From contig CAXUNW010000001.1 in assembly GCA_964252505.1 (NCBI GenBank), positions 1 to 50,468 on the forward strand: a stretch of 50,468 bases of DNA. The letters are read 5' to 3'. The position numbers were made by a program, and so were the translations under genes. Shown here one piece after another: positions 9,182-18,242 of the stretch (positions are counted from its first letter, which is position 1; the number at the start of each line of letters is the position of its first letter). The notes beneath the pieces were generated by a model, which was given only the letters and a program-made list of their open reading frames with translations, was not told the DNA's origin and did no database searches. This DNA comes from an uncultured Acidobacteriaceae bacterium (GTDB lineage Bacteria > Acidobacteriota > Terriglobia > Terriglobales > Acidobacteriaceae).

Positions 9182-10107
9182 GCGATTTCAAGTGCCTCCT
9201 GAAGCTGAGAGTCAGACTGAACTGCTGGCGCGTAGCGGTCGACTGCCCAGGCGGCGAACTCTGCAAACTGACGATTGTCGCGGGGCGGGCTGGTGTGGTG
9301 ATCCTCCAGCCCAAGATGCGCGGGCGTGAAGCAGAGGGTGAGGGCTACACGGAAGGGTGCAAGCATCTCCATTTGGCGATCGAACCACTCTGTAGCTCCG
9401 GGCCGGAATGAGTCTGCCCAGCTGAGCCCGGTCCGCAGGTACTGCACATGATGCTGCTGCATCCACTGGACGGCGTCATGGAGCCTGGGATCTTGAAAGT
9501 GAAACCATTGGCAGAAGCCGACGCTTCCATCTACAGGGAAGTGCCTGGCGGCGAGCTTTGGTTTGCCTTCGGAGTCGATCAGGCCAAGATAGTAGTGGCG
9601 ATAGTAGGAGGAGCCTTCCGCCTCTTTGTGGCGGGTCTCCGCCGGCCAGGTGGGCGGCAGGTCGAAGAGAGAGTACCAGTGGATGCGTTCGGTGCGGCCC
9701 CGCAGCAGTTCCAGCGTGCGCTTGAACCCGAACTCCTGCACCTCCTGCGCGCCAAAGGAGGAGACACCAACCTCAGTCACCCAGACTGGCCGCCCGCTCA
9801 CCGCTTCAGCCTCAGCGATGCGCTGGGGCCACTCTGCCAGCTGCCAGTGATTCCAGTCGAGAGGAAAGCCATGGACGGCGATGGCATCCACATAGTCCAT
9901 GACGCCCTGCGCCGCCATGGTGCGCAGAAAGTCGCAGTCGCAGGAGGAGACGCCTCCAAGCACGATCTGCAGGTCTGGATTGACCCGTCGTATTGAGGTC
10001 GCGGCCTGTTTAACCATGTCTGCGAAGCGAAGCCATCCGGGATCGAGCTTGAAGTTCCAGTGAGACAGGTTGTTCGGTTCGTTCCAAAGCACGATCGCTT
10101 CCACCAT
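9178..10107 (-). CDS. clan GH-A glycoside hydrolase ('beta-xylosidase'-like), apparently circularly permuted
   Basis: WNEPN (acid/base Glu) at residue 10 and VWVTEVG (nucleophile Glu) at residue 112. The segment resembling barrel strands 1-3 lies at the C-terminus. Confidence 0.75.
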   Translation of the reverse strand: MVEAIVLWNEPNNLSHWNFKLDPGWLRFADMVKQAATSIRRVNPDLQIVLGGVSSCDCDFLRTMAAQGVMDYVDAIAVHGFPLDWNHWQLAEWPQRIAEAEAVSGRPVWVTEVGVSSFGAQEVQEFGFKRTLELLRGRTERIHWYSLFDLPPTWPAETRHKEAEGSSYYRHYYLGLIDSEGKPKLAARHFPVDGSVGFCQWFHFQDPRLHDAVQWMQQHHVQYLRTGLSWADSFRPGATEWFDRQMEMLAPFRVALTLCFTPAHLGLEDHHTSPPRDNRQFAEFAAWAVDRYAPAVQSDSQLQEALEIA

Positions 10108-10216
10108 GAAGGCAAACTCCGGGGACTGAACAACGCGTGAGGCAAGTTTGGTGAGTCTGGAATTGGGCGTTCAAGGAGGGTCGTCTCTCCAGTCCGCATC
10201 CATGTAGCTTTCTGGT

Positions 10217-10245
10217 TCAGAAGGCAAGTAGATGGTAAAGGTTGC
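10217..10245 (-). promoter_or_regulatory. putative ECF-sigma (RpoE/AlgU-like) promoter of the glycosyltransferase operon
   Basis: Minus strand GCAACC-N18-TCTGA, about 110 nt upstream of the 10107 start; the same motif occurs on the other strand at 10364-10391. Confidence 0.4.
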
Positions 10246-10363
10246 ACAGGCGCAAGGGGAAGTCAAACGAGGAGTCGCGATTGACGAGACGAGGATGCCG
10301 GAAAAGTGCTTGCGTGACATCATAGTATGTAGCGCAGGCGACATACCTTTTCGCTCCAGTGGC

Positions 10364-10391
10364 TAACCTCTGCCAACGGGCGGGCGTCTGA
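10364..10391 (+). promoter_or_regulatory. putative ECF-sigma (RpoE/AlgU-like) promoter of the oxidoreductase-GT-C-MFP-TolC operon
   Basis: TAACC-N18-TCTGA, with the same spacing as the divergent copy. Confidence 0.4.
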
Positions 10392-10502
10392 GTCTAGGGT
10401 GTCGGACTATGCGAGATGTCCAGCCCTTTTCAGCTTACCCAGAGCAGATCGCTGCGGAGGGCTGTGTTCGCCAGCGAACGAATTTGCCGCCGGATTGAGT
10501 CG

Positions 10503-12173
10503 ATGGGGTGCCTGTTGTCCACGAACTATAAAACTGCCGTCGTCATCGGTGCGGGGCCTGCGGGCCTGACCGCCGCCCTCGAGTTTTGTCGCCGCTCCGC
10601 GATCCGTCCGATCGTTCTGGAGGCAAGTGATCGGATTGGAGGAATCTCCTGCACGATCCGCTACAAAGGCAACCGCATTGACATTGGAGGTCACCGCTTC
10701 TTTTCAAAGTCCGATCGTGTGATGGATTGGTGGACCAATTTAATGCCTGTCGAGAAGGAGCATTGCGACGAGGCGATCGACCTGCAGTACCAGAACCGGC
10801 GGACTACTGTGTTTGCCGCCAGTGGGGCATCTCCGCAGGATCCGGATGCGGTGATGCTTGTCCGTCCGCGCATTAGCCGCATCTTTTTTATGCGGTCCTT
10901 CTTCAACTACCCGCTCTCGTTGTCGGTGCCCACTCTTCGCCGTCTTGGTCTGCTTCGCACGATGCGTATCGGCGCCAGTTACGTACGTTCCAGGCTATTC
11001 AAGCGGACCCCGGAGAAGACGCTTGAAGACTTCTTAATCAACAGATTTGGCAGCGAGCTCTACCTCACTTTCTTTAAGAGCTATACGGAGAAGGTGTGGG
11101 GTGTGCCCTGCGAGTCCATCTCTGCAGCCTGGGGTGCGCAGCGAATCAAGGGCCTGTCGCTGCGCTCGGCAATCAGCCATTTCTTCAGCACCCTGTTTTC
11201 TCGGAAGACGAAGCAGAGTGGCGACATCCGCCAAAAAGATTCGGAAACCTCGCTTATAGAACGCTTCCTCTATCCGAAGTATGGGCCGGGCCAGCTCTGG
11301 GAGCTTGCCGCGCAGCGCATCGAGGAGCAGGGGGGTGAGGTGCGGTTGGGCTGGAAGGTTGTCGGGCTCAATCTCGGCGAGGGGCCCGACGGGCAGCCCC
11401 GTGTGGAGTCGGTGGAGGCGCGTACTCCGGAGGGGAAGCACGTAACCCTGGCGGGAGATTACTTCTTCTCTACAATGCCTGTGCGGGAGCTCATCCGCTC
11501 GATCCGCACGCCGATCCCAGACGACATACAAGAGGTCGCGGACGGCCTGGCATACCGCGATTTCATCACCGTCGGCATTCTAGTCGATCGGCTGCTACTC
11601 ACAGCGCCTGACGGCTCGCTGTTGAAAGACACATGGATTTATATCCAGGAGCCTGACGTCCTGGTTGGGCGTCTCCAGATCTTCAACAACTGGAGTCCGC
11701 ATCTAGTTGCCGACCCGAGCAAGGTATGGATTGGTCTTGAGTACTTCTGCTACGACACTGATCCGTTGTGGAAAATGGCGGACAATGACCTTGCGGCGTT
11801 TGCGATTCGGGAGATCGCCAGCATCGGCATCCTGGACCCGGCCGAGGTGCGTGACTCCTGCGTTTTCCGCATCCCAAAGGCGTATCCGGCGTACTTTGGG
11901 ACCTATGCACGCTTCGACGAGATCGTGCGTTATATGGATCGGTACGAGAACCTGTTCCTTCTAGGCAGGAACGGAATGCACAAATATAACAACCAGGATC
12001 ATTCCATGCTCACCGCGATGGTTGCAGTGGATAACATCCTCGCGGGAGTGATCGACAAGCAGAGTCTCTGGGAGATTAACACAGAGCAGGAGTATCACGA
12101 GGACAAGGAGCAATCCCAGACGCCCCCTGCTTCTGAAAGCCAGCGAGCGGTTCCGGAAGAACTGAACGTATGA
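10503..12173 (+). CDS. NAD(P)/FAD-dependent oxidoreductase (UDP-galactopyranose mutase / protoporphyrinogen oxidase superfamily)
   Basis: [10 protein letters not shown] (Rossmann), [34 protein letters not shown]. Start uncertain (10416, 10503 or 10515). Confidence 0.85.
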   Translation: MGCLLSTNYKTAVVIGAGPAGLTAALEFCRRSAIRPIVLEASDRIGGISCTIRYKGNRIDIGGHRFFSKSDRVMDWWTNLMPVEKEHCDEAIDLQYQNRRTTVFAASGASPQDPDAVMLVRPRISRIFFMRSFFNYPLSLSVPTLRRLGLLRTMRIGASYVRSRLFKRTPEKTLEDFLINRFGSELYLTFFKSYTEKVWGVPCESISAAWGAQRIKGLSLRSAISHFFSTLFSRKTKQSGDIRQKDSETSLIERFLYPKYGPGQLWELAAQRIEEQGGEVRLGWKVVGLNLGEGPDGQPRVESVEARTPEGKHVTLAGDYFFSTMPVRELIRSIRTPIPDDIQEVADGLAYRDFITVGILVDRLLLTAPDGSLLKDTWIYIQEPDVLVGRLQIFNNWSPHLVADPSKVWIGLEYFCYDTDPLWKMADNDLAAFAIREIASIGILDPAEVRDSCVFRIPKAYPAYFGTYARFDEIVRYMDRYENLFLLGRNGMHKYNNQDHSMLTAMVAVDNILAGVIDKQSLWEINTEQEYHEDKEQSQTPPASESQRAVPEELNV

Positions 12174-13957
12174 ATGCAAGCCTCTCTCCGCGGCCAGTGG
12201 TCGACACCTCGGACGCAGTTGAGCAGCGTAACTGGACCGAAGTGGGGCAGGAGTGGTTCAACCGGTTTCCTGTGAAAGGCTTCGTTGCGCTCACAGCGCT
12301 TTATGTGATGGCGGCCGTGGTTCTCTCGTCATATAAGCTGCTCTGGCTGGACGAGTTGATTACCCTTCACATTGCGCGCCTTTCAAGCGCGGCTGCCATC
12401 TGGCATGCCCTGGCGGATGGCGCCGACCCTAATCCTCCGCTGACTCATCTTCTGGTGCATGCCTGTCGCAGCCTCTTCGGCGAGCATGAGATCGTCCTTC
12501 GCATGCCCGCGATCGCCGGCTACTGGCTCGGCATGCTCTCCCTATTTCTTTATCTTCGCCGCCGCATCAATCCCATATGGGCTCTCGCTGGAACCCTGAT
12601 GTCCATGTCGATGGCTGCATTCGACTACAGCTACGAGAGCCGTTCTTACGCGCTCTTTTACGGCCTGACGATGCTTGGCTTCCTCGCATGGAGCCGAGCG
12701 GTCGATCCCGCTTCAAAGCACCCAGGCACAGCCCTTGCGCTAATGATCCTTGCACTCTCGGCCGGCGTTTCCACCAACTATTTCGCCATTCTCGCCTTCT
12801 TTCCGATTGTCGCGGGCGAGATCGTCCGTGCCACGCGCCGCACGCCTCAACGAGGGTTGTTCAAGGTTTGGCTTGGGATGGCTCTCGCCGCCACGCCTCT
12901 GCTTGCTTTCCGCACCATGATCGCAAACTCGATCGCGCAGTTCGCGCCATACGCGTGGAACAAGGTCTCCGTACGGCAGGTCTCAGACTGTTACATGGAG
13001 ATGGTCGAGTACATTCTCTACCCAATTCTTACGGTCCTCCTGCTTGCTTTCGCAGGCCACCTGCTTGCCAGGCGTCCATCTCTGCCTGGTGATCCTCGCC
13101 CCACTCGCATAATGTCTTCGTGGGTCGCGTATGCACGCACCCACCATCCGGTTGCCAACCATGTGTTACCCCTGCATGAGGCGGTTGCTGTTGCTGTCCT
13201 GATGGCGTATCCCGTTCTCGGGTACGTCGTAGCCTCGATCTACGGAGGGATGCTTTCGTCCCGTTTCGTGATTCCGGTCTGCTTCGGGTTCGCAATTGCG
13301 GGCACGGTGGCAGCCTTTCGGGTCTTTGGTCATCTCCGCTTTGCAGCCATCTCCGTGGTACTGCTGTGTATGGCCTGGTTTGTCTCTCGTGAGTCGGTCG
13401 TTGGCTTCTGGTATGTGGAGCAAGAGCAATCGTTCTACAAGGTTGTGGACCACCTCACTGAAGCGGAGGCGGGTCTGTCCCCGACCTCTCCGATCGTGAT
13501 CCCTGAACCGCTCCTTGCGCTCACCTTTCAGCATTACGCACCCCGCACGCTGGCGGCGCGCATCGTCTTTCCAGTGGACTTTCCTGCTATCCGTCTCTAC
13601 CGGCGGGACGACTCGCCTGAAGAAAATCTTTGGGCAGGCCGGGGTTCACTGTACACGCTGCCAATCGTGTCGCTGGCCGAGTTCCAGCAGTCTGCCGGAC
13701 GCTATGTCATTATCGGGACTGACGGAAACTGGCTTATCGAAGATCTGAAGAGACATCGAGTCCCCGTGGAGCGGCTCTCCATCAACACCCGCGCCGGGTC
13801 GATCGGCGGCTTCACCCCGCTTGATCGAAGCGTCCCGGTATATTTTTTATCTGGCGGGAACGAAGCCATGTCCAAGGCTCTTGAGCCTGCCCCCATTCCT
13901 TTTACTCGCGCGGCGACGCTTCCGAGCGCCCCGCTCAGCGCTGCGGAGGTGCCATGA
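12170..13957 (+). CDS. polytopic membrane protein, GT-C / ArnT-PMT (GT39-like) glycosyltransferase
   Basis: LWLDE after the first TM helix, DPNPPL, ESRSYAL and many hydrophobic segments; ATGA-coupled to the upstream gene. Confidence 0.65.
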   Translation: MNASLSPRPVVDTSDAVEQRNWTEVGQEWFNRFPVKGFVALTALYVMAAVVLSSYKLLWLDELITLHIARLSSAAAIWHALADGADPNPPLTHLLVHACRSLFGEHEIVLRMPAIAGYWLGMLSLFLYLRRRINPIWALAGTLMSMSMAAFDYSYESRSYALFYGLTMLGFLAWSRAVDPASKHPGTALALMILALSAGVSTNYFAILAFFPIVAGEIVRATRRTPQRGLFKVWLGMALAATPLLAFRTMIANSIAQFAPYAWNKVSVRQVSDCYMEMVEYILYPILTVLLLAFAGHLLARRPSLPGDPRPTRIMSSWVAYARTHHPVANHVLPLHEAVAVAVLMAYPVLGYVVASIYGGMLSSRFVIPVCFGFAIAGTVAAFRVFGHLRFAAISVVLLCMAWFVSRESVVGFWYVEQEQSFYKVVDHLTEAEAGLSPTSPIVIPEPLLALTFQHYAPRTLAARIVFPVDFPAIRLYRRDDSPEENLWAGRGSLYTLPIVSLAEFQQSAGRYVIIGTDGNWLIEDLKRHRVPVERLSINTRAGSIGGFTPLDRSVPVYFLSGGNEAMSKALEPAPIPFTRAATLPSAPLSAAEVP

Positions 13958-15264
13958 CGCGTCTGCTCTCCGCGCCCGCTCGGCGGTGGTGGATTCCGCT
14001 CGCTCTGGCAATCGGCGTGGGCTGTGCGTATGGAGCAAGCCAGTGGCTGCAGGCTGACCCTGTCGGAGTCGCCACCGGCAAGGCGGGCTATCAGGATGTG
14101 GATGCCTCAGTTTCGACGACCGGGAAGGTTGTGCCCGTGAACGAGTTCCAGGCGCGCGCCAGCTTCAGCGGAGTGGTCGAGAAGGTTTTCGTCCATGTTG
14201 GCGATCACGTGCAGCCAGGCCAGATGCTGGTCAAGATGAAAGATCCCTTTGCGGCCCAGCGTGTGGCCGCGGCTACAGTCGGTCTGCTGGCGGCGCAGGA
14301 GAATCGTGAGAACGTCAAGCGCGGAGGATCGCAGGAGGAACGCATCAACTCTGCCGCGGAGCGCAGGCATGCACAGTTGGAGCAGACTGCCGCAGCGAAT
14401 GCACTTGCGAGTCTTCGGCAGCTTCAGCAGAGCGGGGCGGCCTCCCAAGCTGAGATCAACGGCGCGACGAAACGCCTGGAGGACGCCAATGCGACGGTCC
14501 AGATGCTCAATGACCGCAGCGAAAAAAGGTTCAGCTCCGGAGATCAGGCCACCTGGGCGATGCGCGTGGTAGACGCCCAAGCCTCCCTGCAGGCCGAGAA
14601 GACCAGCTTCGCCAATGCCAACATCACGTCGCCAATTGCAGGCACGGTGAACCTGATCCCCGTCTCGCCCAACGACTTTGTCAACGCGGGCACGGACCTC
14701 GTCCATATCGCGGATCCGAACCGGATCGAGATCCGCGCCTTCTTTGATGAGCCAGACATCGGCAAGCTGCACGTTGGCCAGCAGGTGAGCATTTTCTGGG
14801 AAGGCGCGATGGACAAGTCCTGGGTAGGCCACATCAAGTACGCTCCGCTGGCTGTCACCGTCTCCGGCAGACGCAACGTTGGTGACTGCACCATCGAGGT
14901 GGACGACCCACGCGGAGAGCTTCTTCCAAATACAAACGTCAACGTGTCGACCGTCTATGTGCGACGCAAGGGTGTTCTGACAATCCCCCGCGAAGCTTTG
15001 CACACGGATGGTCCTGCCACATACGTCTTTCGTGTCGTGGGGGACCGCCTGGTGCAGACCCCGGTTGAAGTGGGAGTCGTCAACCTCGACCGGGTGGAGG
15101 TCAAGAAAGGTTTTGGCGTTGACGACACATTTGCCTTGCATGCGGCGGACAACAGCGTGCTCAAGGACGGCTTGAAGATCAAGCCCCTGCAGCAAAAGGT
15201 TGCGGGCACTCCGTTTCCTGGCTTCACCTTCCGCCCGACAGCTCCGGGCGGGAGCAGCCTTTGA
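13954..15264 (+). CDS. efflux periplasmic adaptor subunit (MFP, HlyD/MacA family)
   Basis: N-terminal anchor, lipoyl half-motifs (SGVVEKVFVHVGDHVQPGQML; ITSPIAGTV), helical hairpin, DEPDIGKLHVGQ. Confidence 0.9.
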   Translation: MTRLLSAPARRWWIPLALAIGVGCAYGASQWLQADPVGVATGKAGYQDVDASVSTTGKVVPVNEFQARASFSGVVEKVFVHVGDHVQPGQMLVKMKDPFAAQRVAAATVGLLAAQENRENVKRGGSQEERINSAAERRHAQLEQTAAANALASLRQLQQSGAASQAEINGATKRLEDANATVQMLNDRSEKRFSSGDQATWAMRVVDAQASLQAEKTSFANANITSPIAGTVNLIPVSPNDFVNAGTDLVHIADPNRIEIRAFFDEPDIGKLHVGQQVSIFWEGAMDKSWVGHIKYAPLAVTVSGRRNVGDCTIEVDDPRGELLPNTNVNVSTVYVRRKGVLTIPREALHTDGPATYVFRVVGDRLVQTPVEVGVVNLDRVEVKKGFGVDDTFALHAADNSVLKDGLKIKPLQQKVAGTPFPGFTFRPTAPGGSSL

Positions 15265-16598
15265 TCCGGAAGTGCCAGCCCGGAACGCGGTGCGCGCTGT
15301 ACCTGGCAGCTCTAACACCACTGTTCTGTGCAGCCCATGTTGTTCCTGCGCAGCTCTCCTTCCGATCCGCTGTCACGCTTGCCCTAAGCAACAATCCTCG
15401 CGTCAAGCTGGCGGACGACGACGTCCGCCATGCCCAGGCCGTGCTCGATGAAACCCATGACGTCTACATCCCACGTCTCTCGGCCACTGCGGGCCTTGGC
15501 GATGCGTATGGAATCACGCTCTCGGTTCCTACCATCTTCACCGTGGGCGCGCAGTCGCTCATCTTTAGCTACTCCCAGCGCAACTACATCCGCGCGGCCC
15601 GAGCCGACCTTGAGGCAGCAGAGGACAATCTCCAGGAGGTCCAGGACCAGGTCGTTGAGGAGACCGCGATCAGCTACATCTCACTTGCCCACGCGCAGCA
15701 GCTTCATGCGGTGCTCGCGGAACAGCAGGTGCAGGCCGCCGCCCTAGCGAAGATTGTCGAAGAGCGTGCGCGTGCCGGCCTTGAAAGCCCGCAGGCGGTG
15801 CGCTTCAGTTCCCGAACCCTCCTGCAGATTCGCTTGCAGAGTCTGCTCAACGAGGATGAGACGGCCAACCAGATTGAGCACTTGACGCAACTGACCGGCC
15901 TCCGTCTGCAGCATCTCGCCGCTCTTCCGGAGAGTATTCCTTCCGTGGCCCTCGCTCCCGCGGATCCCGCCTACCGTGAGCCGCCGTACCTGCTTTCGGT
16001 CGAAGCAAGCGCGCGCGCCAAGCTTGAGCGAGCCTTTGGGGACGCGCGCTTTGCCTGGCGGCCGCAGATCGGCTTCGAGGCCCAGTACGGCCGCATCAGC
16101 CCTATCGTCAACGTCTCCAGCTACTACAACATCCAGGGCAACTACAACACACTCTCGGGCGGCCTCGTCTTTCAATTGCCCTTTCTGGACGCGGGCCGGA
16201 AGGCGCGCGCCCGGCAGTCCGCGGCCGAAGCCTCGCACGCCTTCCACGATCTCGTCCGTCTGCGCGGCCAGCACGTCGAGGACGCTCTCCACCTGCAACA
16301 CGGCTTGGCTGAGCTGCAGATCAGGCTCGAACTCGCCGAGATCGAGCAGTCGATTGCGCAGGACCAGCTCAAGAGCACCCTGATCGAGCTGCAGACCGGA
16401 GGCTATGCCGGGCCGCCGCGCCCCCCGCAGGAAGAGCAGAACGCCCGCATGCACGAGCGGCAGACGTACATCGATCTGCTGAACGCCCGGCTGGAGGTTC
16501 TGCGCCTCAACATCTCTCTTCTTCGCCAGATGGGCAAGCTCAAGGCATGGGCGCTGTCTGATCCTCACCCTCCCGCGCTCACGACCAGTCGTCCCTGA
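15261..16598 (+). CDS. TolC family outer membrane efflux protein
   Basis: Signal peptide, LSFRSAVTLALSNNP, two helical repeats, FQLPFLDAG; follows the MFP. Confidence 0.8.
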   Translation: MIRKCQPGTRCALYLAALTPLFCAAHVVPAQLSFRSAVTLALSNNPRVKLADDDVRHAQAVLDETHDVYIPRLSATAGLGDAYGITLSVPTIFTVGAQSLIFSYSQRNYIRAARADLEAAEDNLQEVQDQVVEETAISYISLAHAQQLHAVLAEQQVQAAALAKIVEERARAGLESPQAVRFSSRTLLQIRLQSLLNEDETANQIEHLTQLTGLRLQHLAALPESIPSVALAPADPAYREPPYLLSVEASARAKLERAFGDARFAWRPQIGFEAQYGRISPIVNVSSYYNIQGNYNTLSGGLVFQLPFLDAGRKARARQSAAEASHAFHDLVRLRGQHVEDALHLQHGLAELQIRLELAEIEQSIAQDQLKSTLIELQTGGYAGPPRPPQEEQNARMHERQTYIDLLNARLEVLRLNISLLRQMGKLKAWALSDPHPPALTTSRP

Positions 16599-16637
16599 AA
16601 ACTGCCTCCTGCGCACGGCGGCCTGCATCCAAAGCCA

Positions 16638-18206
16638 ATGCGCTCGGCCCTTCGTCATCTCTCGCTTGCCAAGGTCCTCCCGATCAACAACCCGGTTCTT
16701 CCGGGCGATCATCCAGACCCTACCATCCTCCGCGTGGGCCACCAGTTCTGGGCCTCCGCCACCTCCGGCGAGTGGAGCCCGCAGTTTCCTCTCTTTCATT
16801 CCACCGATCTGCTCACCTGGACGCCAGCCGGAGCCATTTTTCCGACGCAGCCCACCTGGGCCCGCGGTGACTTCTGGGCGCCCGAGCTTGTGCAGGATCG
16901 CGGCCGCTTTGTGGCCTACTACGTTGCCCGCGCGCGCGCCAACAACCGGCTCACCATCGCCGCCGCCACCGCGGCCTTTCCCGGCGGCCCGTGGACCGAC
17001 CATGGCCCCATCCTCGCCGAACCGGCCGGATCCATTGATCCGTGCTTTGCCCGCGATGAGCATGGCCACCCTTTCCTCATCTGGAAGACAGACGGTAACT
17101 CGCAAGGCAAGCCCACGCCCATTCGGGCTCAGCCACTCACCCCAGATCTGCTCCACCTTACCGGCAGCCCCACCACGTTGATCGTCAACGATCAACCCTG
17201 GGAGGCCGGCGTGGTCGAAGGTCCTTACATCCTCCGCCACGACCACCGCTTCTACCTCTTCTACGCCGGCAACGCCTGCTGCGGACGGGAGTGCAACTAC
17301 GCGGAAGGCGTCGCGCGCGCAGACCATCTGCTTGGACCGTGGACCAAGTGCCCCGTCAACCCGATCATCGGGGCCAACGCCACGTGGCGATGCCCCGGGC
17401 ACGGCACCGCCGTGCGTGGAGGCAAGGGACAGGACTACCTGCTTTACCACGCCTACCCGGCGACCGGCGACGTCTACGTGGGACGCGAGGCGCTGCTTGA
17501 TGAAATCGTGTGGACCCCAGAGGGATGGCCGGCGGTCAACGCAGGACATGGCCCGCATGTCTCGTCCCCTGCATCGCCCATTGACCTGGTCGACGATTTT
17601 GTGGCGCCCACGCTCGGCAACTCCTGGCAGTGGCCGGTGAATACGCAACCGGCGTTTGCGACGGGCTCCACAGTCCACTCGTCGGGAGCGCTGGCGCTCG
17701 CCGTCCCCGCCGCCCGGCAATCCGCCATGGTTGCCGTACCTGCACCCGGGGCGCCTCGCTACACGGCCACCGTTACTCTCGCGGCCTCGTCGTGGGGCCA
17801 CACCTTCCCGGAGCCGGCCCAGCCGGAATCACCAACCTACAACAAGCCCCCCGCCACCGCCTGGGCGGGTCTGGCGGTCATCGGCGACCCCTTCAACACC
17901 ATGGGACTCGGCCTGCGCGAGGGTGTCCTCGAGCTTTGGAACCGCCATGGCGGCGCGCAGCATACCGCCTGGTCGCATGTGCTCAGCCCCGCCCCCGCCC
18001 GGATCGATCTTCGCGTCACCTCCACACCGGACGCGCAGCTGACCTTCTTCTACTCGCTGGATGGCGTCGCCTGGCTGCAGGCAGGGCCCGCGGTAACTGC
18101 TGCCCATCTGCCCGCATGGGATCGCGGCCTTCGCATCGGTCTGATGCTCGACGGCCCGGAGCGAACCGCTGCCATGTTCCAGCACTTCCAGCTCACCGCT
18201 CGATAA
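16638..18206 (+). CDS. GH43 glycoside hydrolase (beta-xylosidase / arabinofuranosidase type) with C-terminal beta-sandwich
   Basis: NPVLPGDHPDP, FWAPE, SIDP, VVEGP, PGHG. Confidence 0.9.
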   Translation: MRSALRHLSLAKVLPINNPVLPGDHPDPTILRVGHQFWASATSGEWSPQFPLFHSTDLLTWTPAGAIFPTQPTWARGDFWAPELVQDRGRFVAYYVARARANNRLTIAAATAAFPGGPWTDHGPILAEPAGSIDPCFARDEHGHPFLIWKTDGNSQGKPTPIRAQPLTPDLLHLTGSPTTLIVNDQPWEAGVVEGPYILRHDHRFYLFYAGNACCGRECNYAEGVARADHLLGPWTKCPVNPIIGANATWRCPGHGTAVRGGKGQDYLLYHAYPATGDVYVGREALLDEIVWTPEGWPAVNAGHGPHVSSPASPIDLVDDFVAPTLGNSWQWPVNTQPAFATGSTVHSSGALALAVPAARQSAMVAVPAPGAPRYTATVTLAASSWGHTFPEPAQPESPTYNKPPATAWAGLAVIGDPFNTMGLGLREGVLELWNRHGGAQHTAWSHVLSPAPARIDLRVTSTPDAQLTFFYSLDGVAWLQAGPAVTAAHLPAWDRGLRIGLMLDGPERTAAMFQHFQLTAR

Positions 18207-18242
18207 GCGGGCGCAGGATCGTGAACCGCCCGGATCGCGCCG

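Noticed and set aside
14107-15321. 404-aa minus-strand ORF
   Set aside because: Shadow of the MFP gene.
15744-17801. 685-aa minus-strand ORF
   Set aside because: Antisense shadow of the TolC and GH43 genes; no motifs, and typical of high-GC codon bias.
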